Assembly: GCA_030837965.1 (NCBI GenBank)
Contig: JAUTXP010000021.1
Location: 14,844-78,843 of the forward strand
Direction: 5' to 3'
Source of the DNA: Acidimicrobiaceae bacterium
Lineage (GTDB): Bacteria; Actinomycetota; Acidimicrobiia; Acidimicrobiales; JAUTXP01
DNA: 64,000 nucleotides
Made by a program: the position numbers and the translations under genes. Below are positions 16,789-24,915 of the stretch, in pieces. The notes below the pieces were generated by a model. That model was not told where the DNA came from, did not search any database, and saw only the letters and a program-made list of their open reading frames with translations. Numbering within the stretch: position 1 is the stretch's first letter; each line of letters opens with the position of its first letter.

Positions 16789-17826
16789 GTGTCCGACAAC
16801 TTCCTTTCCTCCGTGCTTGGCCGGGATATGGCCGTCGATCTAGGGACGGCCAACACCCTTGTGTACGTGCGCGGGCGCGGGATCGTGCTCAACGAGCCGT
16901 CCGTGGTGGCCGTCAACGTGAAGGACGGCCGCCCGTTGGCGGTGGGCGTCGAGGCCAAGCGCATGATCGGGCGCACGCCCAGCCACATCCAGGCCATCCG
17001 GCCGCTGAAGGACGGCGTCATCGCGGATTTCGAGATCTGCGAGAAGATGCTCCGCTACTTCATCCACAAGGTGCACCAGCGGCGCTTCGCCAAGCCCCGC
17101 ATGGTCATCTGCGTGCCGTCGGGCATCACCGGCGTGGAGAAGCGGGCCGTGCAGGAGGCGGCCGAGTACGCGGGGGCGCGCAAGGGCGTCTACATCATCG
17201 AAGAGCCCATGGCCGCGGCCATCGGCGCAGGGCTGCCCGTGCACGAGCCCACCGGCAACATGGTGGTCGACATCGGCGGCGGCACCACCGAGGTGGCCGT
17301 CATCTCCCTGGGCGGCATGGTCGTGAGCCAGTCGGTCAGGGTCGGCGGCGACGAACTGGATGACGCCATCATCCAGTTCATCAAGAAGGAGTACTCGCTG
17401 GCCTTGGGCGAGCGCACGGCCGAGGAGATCAAGATCGCGTTGGGCTCGGCCTGTCCGCTCGAGGAGGAGCTGCACGCGGAGATCCGCGGCCGCGACCTCA
17501 TCACCGGCCTGCCCAAGACCATCGTCACCACCACCGACGAGATCCGCGAGGCCATCGAGGAGCCCTTGTCGGCCATCGTCGACGCGGTGAAGGTCACGTT
17601 GGACAAGACCCCGCCGGAGTTGGCCGCCGACATCATGGAGCAGGGCATCGTCCTGACCGGCGGCGGCGCCCTCCTGCACGGCCTGGACGCCCGGCTGTCG
17701 GCCGAGACGGGCATGCCCATCGTCATCGCCAAGAACCCGCTCCACTGTGTGGCCATCGGCGGCGGCCTGTACCTCGAGGAGTTCGCAGCGCTGAAGGACA
17801 TGCTCCGCGGCTCGACCGACGACTAA
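16789..17826 (+). CDS. mreB: Rod-shape-determining protein MreB
   Basis: [29 protein letters not shown] ... [25 protein letters not shown] lies upstream of the GTG. Confidence 0.95.
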   Translation: MSDNFLSSVLGRDMAVDLGTANTLVYVRGRGIVLNEPSVVAVNVKDGRPLAVGVEAKRMIGRTPSHIQAIRPLKDGVIADFEICEKMLRYFIHKVHQRRFAKPRMVICVPSGITGVEKRAVQEAAEYAGARKGVYIIEEPMAAAIGAGLPVHEPTGNMVVDIGGGTTEVAVISLGGMVVSQSVRVGGDELDDAIIQFIKKEYSLALGERTAEEIKIALGSACPLEEELHAEIRGRDLITGLPKTIVTTTDEIREAIEEPLSAIVDAVKVTLDKTPPELAADIMEQGIVLTGGGALLHGLDARLSAETGMPIVIAKNPLHCVAIGGGLYLEEFAALKDMLRGSTDD

Positions 17827-17838
17827 GGCCCGGCCAGC

Positions 17839-18675
17839 ATGGCCGTCTATCGCCGCACCGCCCGTCCGCGCTTCATCCTGCTGTTGCTGGTCCTCACCGC
17901 CATCACCCTGCTGACCCTGGACCAGCGCGGCACGGGGTCTGGTGTCATCAACAGCGTGCGCGGCGGCGCCCGCGACGCCTTCGCCCCCGTGGGCCGGGCC
18001 GCCGACCACGTGCTCAACCCGGTGGGCAACTTCTTCGAGGGCATGGTCCACTACGGCGACCTCAAGGCCGAGAACGCCCGCCTGCGCGACCAGAACGCCG
18101 AGCTTCGGGGCCAGGCCCTTCAGGCCAGGGACTCCGAGCGCGAGCGCAAGGCTTTGCTCGACCAGCAGGACCTGACCTTCGCGGGCGACATTCCGCGGGT
18201 GCGGGCCCGAGTGGTGTCCACCGCGGCCTCCAACTTCGAGTTGACGGTCGAGATCGACCGCGGCACCAACGCGGGTGTGGCCAAGGGCATGCCCGTCGTG
18301 GCGGGCGCGGGGCTGGTCGGCCGAGTCGTCGAGGCGAGCCGCAGCCGGGCCACCGTGGTGTTGTTGACCGACACGTCCTTCTCGGTGGGCGTGCGCCTGT
18401 CGGCCAGCGGCGACGTGGGCGTGGCCACCGGACGTGGCGCGCGGTCGCCGCTGCGCGTCGACCTCATCGACCCGGCCACCAAGGTGGACAAGGACGAAGT
18501 GGTGGTGACCAGCGGCCTGCAACAAAGCGTGTTCCCGCCCGGCATCCCGGTGGGCAAGGTGCTGTCGGCCCGCACGCCGCCGGGCGCCTTGCAGCAGGAG
18601 GTGGTCATCGCGCCCGTGGTCGACCTGCGCAGGCTGGAGTTCATCACCGTGTTGCAGTGGAGCCCCAAGGCCTAG
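17839..18675 (+). CDS. mreC: Rod-shape-determining protein MreC
   Basis: N-terminal TM, a coiled-coil segment (ENARLRDQNAELRGQALQA), C-terminal beta-rich domains, and position after mreB. Confidence 0.85.
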   Translation: MAVYRRTARPRFILLLLVLTAITLLTLDQRGTGSGVINSVRGGARDAFAPVGRAADHVLNPVGNFFEGMVHYGDLKAENARLRDQNAELRGQALQARDSERERKALLDQQDLTFAGDIPRVRARVVSTAASNFELTVEIDRGTNAGVAKGMPVVAGAGLVGRVVEASRSRATVVLLTDTSFSVGVRLSASGDVGVATGRGARSPLRVDLIDPATKVDKDEVVVTSGLQQSVFPPGIPVGKVLSARTPPGALQQEVVIAPVVDLRRLEFITVLQWSPKA

Positions 18676-18678
18676 GTC

Positions 18679-19179
18679 ATGGCTGCCCGACTCCGCCTCC
18701 CGCTGGTGCTGCTGCTCGTGCTGACCGTGCAGAAGTCGCTGCTGTCCGACATCGACGTGCGCGACGTGCGGCCCGACGCGCTGCTGCTGTTGGCCGTGTG
18801 CGCAGGCCTGGTCGGCGGGTCCGAGGTGGGCGCGTTGGTCGGGTTCGCGGCCGGGCTCATCGCGGACCTGTTCGTGCAGGCGCCCCTGGGCCTGTCGGCC
18901 CTGGTCTTCAGCCTGGTCGGGTTCGCGGTGGGGTCGTTCCGCTCGACGCTGTTGCGCGAGATCTGGTGGATCCCGCCCGCCACCGCGTTCGTGGCCAGCG
19001 CGGGCGGCGTCCTGCTGTATGGCGTGCTGGGCGCGGTGGTCGGCCAGTCGCAGTACGTGCGCCCCCACCTGGTGACGACGGCGTTGGTGGTGGCCTCCAT
19101 GAACGCGCTGCTGAGCCTCGTCCTGGTGCGGGTCACCGGGTGGGCGCTGGTGCGGACCACGGAGCGCTACGCCCGATGA
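18679..19179 (+). CDS. mreD: Rod-shape-determining protein MreD
   Basis: Polytopic 166-aa membrane protein between mreC and the PBP2 gene. Its stop overlaps the next ATG. Confidence 0.75.
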   Translation: MAARLRLPLVLLLVLTVQKSLLSDIDVRDVRPDALLLLAVCAGLVGGSEVGALVGFAAGLIADLFVQAPLGLSALVFSLVGFAVGSFRSTLLREIWWIPPATAFVASAGGVLLYGVLGAVVGQSQYVRPHLVTTALVVASMNALLSLVLVRVTGWALVRTTERYAR

Positions 19180-21080
19180 CGGCACCGGTCAGGGCGGGCG
19201 ACAACGCCCGGCTGCGCATGGGCGTGCTGGGCATGGTCGTGCTGTCCCTGTTCGCGGCGCTGTATGCCCGGCTCTGGTTCCTGCAAGTGGTGGCCAATCC
19301 GGAGTCGACGCGCGCCGTGATCATCAACCAGGTGCGCGTCGTGCCGGAGGAGGCGCCGAGGGGCCGCATCCTCGACCGCCAAGGCCGCATCGTGGTGGAC
19401 AACCGGGTGTCCGAGGCGGTGACCATCAACCGGGTCAAGTTCAAGAACGACGTGGACACCGTGACCCGCTTGGCTGCGTTGTTGCAGCTTCCGCCCGCAG
19501 TGCTGGTCAACCGCATGAACGACCAGCGCTTCAGCCCGTACAAGCCGGTGCCGGTGGCCGAGGACGTGCCCGAGTCGGTGGTGGTGTACCTGGCCGAGCA
19601 CCGTGACGAGTTCCCCGGTGTGGAGGCCCAGCAGCTCACGGAGCGGGCCTATCCCAACGGCAACCTGGCCGCCCATCTGCTGGGGTACGTGGGCGAGATC
19701 AACGACAAGGAGTTGAAGGGGCGCAAGGGCGAGGGCTACCGGCTGGGCGACGAGATCGGCAAGGCCGGGGTGGAGAAGAGCTACGAGGAGTTCCTGCGGG
19801 GCGCGCCCGGGCTGACCAAGCTGGAGGTGGACAGCAGGGGCAAGGTGTTGCAGACGCTCGACTCGCAGCCGCCTGAACAGGGCAAGGACGTCCAGCTCAC
19901 CATGGACCTCGACGTGCAGCGGCTGACCGAGGAGTCGTTGGCCCAAGGCATCGAGGCGGCCCGTCACGCCACCGACAAGGAGGCCAAGAAGAACTTCCTC
20001 GCCCCTGCGGGCGCGGCGGTCGTGATCGACCCACGGGACGGCTCGGTGCTGGCCATGGCGTCGTTCCCCACGTTCACGCCCGGCGACTTCGTCAACGGCA
20101 TCAAGCCCGATGTGTTCGCGGCGCTGAACGAGCCCGCCAGCCACTACCCCTTGAACAACCGGGCCCTCTCGGGTCAGTACGCGCCGGGCTCGACGTTCAA
20201 GCTCATCACCGCGCTGGCCGGTTTGAAGGACGGGCTGCTCCAGCCCACCACCACGGTCGACGATCACGGCTCGCTTAAGGTGGGCAACCGCCTGTTCAGG
20301 AACGCGGGCAACCGGTCCTACGGGCGGGTGAACCTGCCGCAGGCCATCACCGTGTCGAGCGACGTGTACTTCTACCAACTGGGCGCCAACTTCTGGTACC
20401 GGCGGGGCCAGGTGGGCGACGGCATCCAGAACACGGCGAGGGAGATGGGCCTGGGCCAGCCCACCGGTGTGGCCCTCGACGCCGAGGCCAGAGGCCGGGT
20501 GCCCGACCCCGACACCCGCAAGCGGCTGCACGACCGCAGCCCCAAGGCGTTCCCGGAGGGCAAGTGGTTCGCGGGCGACAACGTCAACCTGGCCATCGGC
20601 CAGGGCGAGACGGTGGTGACCCCGATGCAACTGGCCAACGCCTACGCCACCTTCGCCAACGGCGGCACGCTCTACACCCCCCGCGTCGCGGCCCGCGTGG
20701 TGGAGCAGGACGGGCGCCCGGTCAAGGACTTGGGCGCGGACGTGGTGCGCAAGGTCGACCTCAGCGCGGGCCGGGGCGCCATCCTCGCCGGCCTGCGGGG
20801 CGCGGTGGCCGATCCCAAGGGCACGGCCCACGGCGCCTTCCTCGGCTTCAACGGCTTTCCGGTGGCGGGCAAGACGGGCACGGCCCAGGTGTCGGGCAAG
20901 CAGGACACGGCGTTGTTCGTGGCCATGGCCCCGGCTGACGATCCGCAGTTCGTGGTGGCCGTGGTCATGGAGGAGGCGGGCTTCGGCGGGTCGTCGGCCG
21001 CGCCGGTGGCCAGGCGCATCCTCGAAGGCCTGGCGGGCAAGCCGCCCGGTCCCGTGCAGTTGGCCGGCGGGGTGGACTGA
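19176..21080 (+). CDS. mrdA: Penicillin-binding protein 2 (elongation transpeptidase)
   Basis: N-terminal TM, GRILDRQGRIVVDN, active-site SGQYAPGSTFK, SSD, and KTGTAQ. Confidence 0.9.
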   Translation: MTAPVRAGDNARLRMGVLGMVVLSLFAALYARLWFLQVVANPESTRAVIINQVRVVPEEAPRGRILDRQGRIVVDNRVSEAVTINRVKFKNDVDTVTRLAALLQLPPAVLVNRMNDQRFSPYKPVPVAEDVPESVVVYLAEHRDEFPGVEAQQLTERAYPNGNLAAHLLGYVGEINDKELKGRKGEGYRLGDEIGKAGVEKSYEEFLRGAPGLTKLEVDSRGKVLQTLDSQPPEQGKDVQLTMDLDVQRLTEESLAQGIEAARHATDKEAKKNFLAPAGAAVVIDPRDGSVLAMASFPTFTPGDFVNGIKPDVFAALNEPASHYPLNNRALSGQYAPGSTFKLITALAGLKDGLLQPTTTVDDHGSLKVGNRLFRNAGNRSYGRVNLPQAITVSSDVYFYQLGANFWYRRGQVGDGIQNTAREMGLGQPTGVALDAEARGRVPDPDTRKRLHDRSPKAFPEGKWFAGDNVNLAIGQGETVVTPMQLANAYATFANGGTLYTPRVAARVVEQDGRPVKDLGADVVRKVDLSAGRGAILAGLRGAVADPKGTAHGAFLGFNGFPVAGKTGTAQVSGKQDTALFVAMAPADDPQFVVAVVMEEAGFGGSSAAPVARRILEGLAGKPPGPVQLAGGVD

Positions 21081-22214
21081 GTGTCGACCATCTCCTTGAG
21101 CCGCTCTCGCACCAGCTCGAGCCCGTCGCCCCTGCGGCACCTCGACATGTCGCTCGTCTTCGCCGCCCTGTTCGTGGCCGGGCTGGGCGTGTTGATGGTC
21201 TACAGCGCGACCCAGCACCGCTTCGAGGCGTCGCCCTCGTTCTTCATGGAGCGCCAGTTGCTGTACGTGCTGCTGGGTCTGGGCGCCATGGCCGCGGCCG
21301 CGTCGATCGACTACCGCATCTACAGGGACCACGCCCACCTCGTCTACGGGGCCACGGTGCTGCTGCTGGTGCTCGTGGTGTCGCCGCTGGGGTCGAACCG
21401 CAAGGGGGCCCAGGCCTGGTTCCAGTTGGGGTCGTTCCAGTTGCAGCCGTCCGAATGGGCCAAGGTGGCGCTGATCGTGTGCATCGCGGCCTATGGCGCG
21501 GCCCACAGGGGCGACTTGGACGGGCGCAGGCTGATCGTGCTGCTCGGGCTGGCGGCCGTGCCCATGGGGCTGATCGAGTTGCAGCCCGACTTGGGCACCG
21601 ACCTCGTGTTCGGGGCCATCCTGCTGGGCACGCTGCTGGTCGCCGGGGCCCGGCCCAGGCACATGGCCGCGCTGGGCCTGCTGGCTGTGCTGGCCGTGGT
21701 GGCGGTGTTCCACTTCGGCTTGCTGAAGGACTACCAGCGGGACCGGCTGACCGCCTTCCTCGACCCCAAGGGCGACACCCAGCGCTCGGCCTACAACCTC
21801 AACCAGTCCAAGCTGGCCATCTCGCACGGCGGGGTGACGGGCCAGGGGCTGTTCAAGGGGACGCAGACCAACTTGTCGTACGTGCCCGAACAGCACACCG
21901 ACTTCATCTTCACCGTGGTGGGCGAGGAGCTGGGGCTGGTCGGCTCGGGGACGCTGCTGGCCCTGTTCGCGTTCTTGGTCTGGCGCATCTGGCGGGCCGC
22001 GGCCTTGGCCAAGGACTTGACGGGCACGCTCATCTGCATCGGCGTGCTGGCCATGTTCGTGTTCCAGATCTTCGAGAACGTCGGGATGACCATGGGCATC
22101 ATGCCCATCACCGGCATCCCGCTGCCGTTCATGAGCTACGGCGGTTCGGCCACCCTGGCCGAGTTCGCGGCCATCGGCCTGGTCCTCAACGTCCACATGC
22201 GCCGCTTCTCCTGA
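21081..22214 (+). CDS. rodA: SEDS-family peptidoglycan polymerase RodA
   Basis: FtsW/RodA/SpoVE family (QPSEWAKVALIV, PEQHTDFIF, GIPLPFMSYGGS). It starts immediately after the mrdA stop. Confidence 0.9.
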   Translation: MSTISLSRSRTSSSPSPLRHLDMSLVFAALFVAGLGVLMVYSATQHRFEASPSFFMERQLLYVLLGLGAMAAAASIDYRIYRDHAHLVYGATVLLLVLVVSPLGSNRKGAQAWFQLGSFQLQPSEWAKVALIVCIAAYGAAHRGDLDGRRLIVLLGLAAVPMGLIELQPDLGTDLVFGAILLGTLLVAGARPRHMAALGLLAVLAVVAVFHFGLLKDYQRDRLTAFLDPKGDTQRSAYNLNQSKLAISHGGVTGQGLFKGTQTNLSYVPEQHTDFIFTVVGEELGLVGSGTLLALFAFLVWRIWRAAALAKDLTGTLICIGVLAMFVFQIFENVGMTMGIMPITGIPLPFMSYGGSATLAEFAAIGLVLNVHMRRFS

Positions 22215-22245
22215 CTTTTCCACAGCAGCAGGTGCTGTGGAAAAG
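22215..22245. repeat. 31-bp perfect palindrome, family B copy 1 (CTTTTCCACAGCA-GCAGG-TGCTGTGGAAAAG)
   Basis: It has 13-bp perfect arms and a 5-nt spacer. It is identical to 40665-40695, and both copies are followed by T(T)CGGGG.GGGGGCGG. It begins 1 nt after the rodA stop. Confidence 0.9.
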
Positions 22246-22282
22246 TTCGGGGCGGGGGCGGGAGTACACTCGCGGACCGGAC

Positions 22283-24202
22283 ATGACTTCTCTCTGGCCC
22301 AGGATCGAGCCCCTCCTGGCCAAGGTGCAGAAGCCCGCCCGCTACATCGGGTGCGAGGACGGCGCGCAGATGCCCGTCCACGCCCCCCACAAGGTCGGCT
22401 GGCTCCTCGTCTACCCCGACGCCTACGAGGTCGGGTTGCCCAACCAGGGGCTCCAAATCCTCTACGAGATCCTCAACGAGCGGCCGGACGCGGCGGCCGA
22501 GCGGTCGTACGCGCCATGGACCGACATGGAGCGCGAGATGCGGGCCCGGGGCCTGCCGCTGTTCAGTGTCGACAGCCACCGGCCCGCGGCCGACTTCGAC
22601 CTGCTGGCCTTCAACCTCAGCGCCGAGCTCGTCTACACGAACCTGTTGAACTGCATCGACCTGGCGGGCGTCCCTGTACGCGCGGCCGAGCGGGGGCCGG
22701 ACGACCCGCTGGTGTGCGCGGGCGGCCACTGCACGTTCAATCCCGAGCCGCTGGCCGACTTCGTCGACTTCTTCGTCATCGGTGACGGCGAGGAGGCGGT
22801 CAGCGAGATCACCGAGGTGGTGGGGGACTGGAAGCGCGGCGGGCGCACCGAGGGGTCGCGCCAAAACGTCTTGGCCGCGCTGGCCCAAGTGCCTGGCGTC
22901 TACGTGCCGTCCATGTACGACGTCGAGTACGACGGCGAGCGGCTGGTCAGCGTCACGCCCCGGCATGCGGGCATCCCCGAGCGGGTCGAGAAGCGCACCA
23001 TCGCCGACCTGAACGACTGGCCGTATCCAAAGCAGCAACTGGTCCCGCTGACCGAGGTGGTGCACGACCGGCTCAACGTCGAGATCTTCCGGGGCTGCAC
23101 GCGGGGCTGTCGCTTCTGCCAGGCGGGCATGATCACCCGGCCCGTGCGCGAGCGCAGCAACGAGCAGGTTCGCAGCATGGTGAGCAACGGCCTCAAGCGC
23201 ACCGGGTACGACGAGGTCAGCCTCACGTCGCTCAGCAGCGCGGACTACTCCGGCATCGAGGACGTGGTCGGCGGCATCATCAACGACCCCATGTGCCAAG
23301 GGTCGGTGGGCGTCAGCCTCCCGAGCCTGCGGGTGGACGCCTACACGGTCGGCATCGCCAGCGAGATCGCCAAGGTTCGACGCACCGGGCTCACGTTCGC
23401 CCCCGAGGGCGGTACCTGGCGAATGCGTCAGGTCATCAACAAGCTCATCCGCGAAGAGGACCTGTACGGCGCGGTGGAGTCGGCCTTCAGCCAAGGCTGG
23501 AACCGGGTCAAGCTGTACTTCCTGATCGGCCTGCCCACCGAGACGGACGAGGACACGCTCGGCATCGCCGAGCTGGCCCGCAAGTGCGTGGCCGTGGGCA
23601 AGCAGCACACCAACCGGGTCACGGTCAGCGCGTCGGTGGGCGGGTTCGTGCCCAAGCCACAGACGCCGTTCCAATGGTTCGGCCAGAACACGGTGGCCGA
23701 GCTGCAGCGCAAGGTCGGGCTCCTGCGGGACGCGACCAAAAAGGACAGGGGCGTGCAGTTGAAGTGGCACGACCCCAAGGCCACGCTGGCCGAGGGCATC
23801 GCCTCCAGGGGCGACCGCAGGCTGGGCCCGGTCATCGAGGACGTGTGGCGCCACGGCGGCGTCTTCCAGGAGTGGTCCGAGCACTTCGACCTCTCCCTGT
23901 GGGAGGACGCCATGGCCCGACACGGCCTCAGCATCGACTGGTACGTCTACCGCCACCGCGGCGAGGACGAGGTCCTGCCCTGGGACCACGTCTCGGCCGG
24001 GCTCCACAAGGACTTCCTCTGGCAGGACTGGCAGGACGCGCTCGCTGCGTCCGGCGTCGAGGACTGCCGCTGGACCCCGTGTTACGACTGCGGGGCCTGC
24101 ACCGGCTACGGCATCGAGCACGTGGTGGCCTCCACCCTGCCGCCCGCGGGCGGCAGCCAGGGGACGTTCGTCCCCGTGCAGCTCTCGGCGGCTCGGACCT
24201 GA
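22283..24202 (+). CDS. B12-binding-domain radical SAM protein (TIGR03960-like)
   Basis: The N-terminus WPRIEPLLAKVQKPARYIGCE and the radical SAM cluster motif CTRGCRFCQAG are typical of this family. Confidence 0.85.
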   Translation: MTSLWPRIEPLLAKVQKPARYIGCEDGAQMPVHAPHKVGWLLVYPDAYEVGLPNQGLQILYEILNERPDAAAERSYAPWTDMEREMRARGLPLFSVDSHRPAADFDLLAFNLSAELVYTNLLNCIDLAGVPVRAAERGPDDPLVCAGGHCTFNPEPLADFVDFFVIGDGEEAVSEITEVVGDWKRGGRTEGSRQNVLAALAQVPGVYVPSMYDVEYDGERLVSVTPRHAGIPERVEKRTIADLNDWPYPKQQLVPLTEVVHDRLNVEIFRGCTRGCRFCQAGMITRPVRERSNEQVRSMVSNGLKRTGYDEVSLTSLSSADYSGIEDVVGGIINDPMCQGSVGVSLPSLRVDAYTVGIASEIAKVRRTGLTFAPEGGTWRMRQVINKLIREEDLYGAVESAFSQGWNRVKLYFLIGLPTETDEDTLGIAELARKCVAVGKQHTNRVTVSASVGGFVPKPQTPFQWFGQNTVAELQRKVGLLRDATKKDRGVQLKWHDPKATLAEGIASRGDRRLGPVIEDVWRHGGVFQEWSEHFDLSLWEDAMARHGLSIDWYVYRHRGEDEVLPWDHVSAGLHKDFLWQDWQDALAASGVEDCRWTPCYDCGACTGYGIEHVVASTLPPAGGSQGTFVPVQLSAART

Positions 24203-24900
24203 TGCGGGTCCGACTCCGCTTCAGCAAGCTGGGCAAGGTCCGCTGGACCTCGCACAGGGACGTGGCCCGCATGTGGGAGCGGGCGTTCCGCCGGGTCGAC
24301 CTGCGCCTCGCCTACACCGAGGGCTTCTCGCCTCGGCCCAAGGTGAGCTTCGGGCTGGCCCTTCCCACTGGCGGCGAGTCCGTCGCCGAATACCTGGACA
24401 TCGAGCTGGCCCACGGCGAGCAGCCCGATGTCGCCGCCCTACCCGGCCGGTTGAGCCCGGCCCTCCCGGTCGGGATCGATGTCCTGGCCGCCGCCGTCGT
24501 GCACGAGAAGGGCTCCCTCCAGGAGATCGTCACCTCCTGCCGCTGGGAGCTGTCCGCGGCTGGAGCCGACGCCGACCTGCTGGAGGAGCGGGTCGCCCAG
24601 GCCCTGGCCGCCGACTCGCTCGTCATCACCAGGGAGCGCAAAGGTCAGTCGGCTGCCGACGACGTGCGCTCCGCCATCCTGTCGCTTGCCGTCCTCGACG
24701 ACGGGCTGTTGGAGTGCGAGCTGGCCACGTTGACGCGCGGCCTTCGCCCCAACGAGCTGCTGCGGGCCATCGACCCGCAGCTCGAGCCCGGCACAGTGCA
24801 CAGGACGCACCAATGGATTCAGCGCGACGGCGCGAAGTGTGAGCCCATACCGCTCCCCCTTCCCGCGACGGCCGCGCCGCACGCGAGGCGTGCGTCATGA
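24202..24900 (+). CDS. Radical-SAM-associated protein (TIGR03936 / DUF2344-like)
   Basis: MRVRLRFSKLGKVRWTSHRDVARMWERAFRRVDLRLAYTEGFSPRPKVSFGLALPTG. The ATG overlaps the upstream TGA. Confidence 0.75.
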   Translation: MRVRLRFSKLGKVRWTSHRDVARMWERAFRRVDLRLAYTEGFSPRPKVSFGLALPTGGESVAEYLDIELAHGEQPDVAALPGRLSPALPVGIDVLAAAVVHEKGSLQEIVTSCRWELSAAGADADLLEERVAQALAADSLVITRERKGQSAADDVRSAILSLAVLDDGLLECELATLTRGLRPNELLRAIDPQLEPGTVHRTHQWIQRDGAKCEPIPLPLPATAAPHARRAS

Positions 24901-24915
24901 GGAAGGACCTGTTCG

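Noticed and set aside
19167-22223. A 1018-aa minus-strand ORF. There are many other very long antisense ORFs, for example 16840-19185, 6880-8574, 9266-10648, 3409-5643, 24895-26631, 22136-24121, 31718-33706 and 14513-16768.
   Set aside because: Each lies antisense to, or out of frame with, a gene that has an unmistakable family match (mreBCD, mrdA, rodA, tig, clpX and others). Their products are Arg/Gly/Pro/His-rich low-complexity sequences. Stop-poor alternative frames are expected at this GC content.
22215-22245. DnaA-box-like arms of the 31-bp palindrome, taken as evidence that the window contains the replication origin.
   Set aside because: There is no dnaA, dnaN, recF or gyrB context, no AT-rich unwinding element and no box cluster beyond the two paired boxes per copy. 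The surrounding genes are the mre/rne block, not an oriC region.
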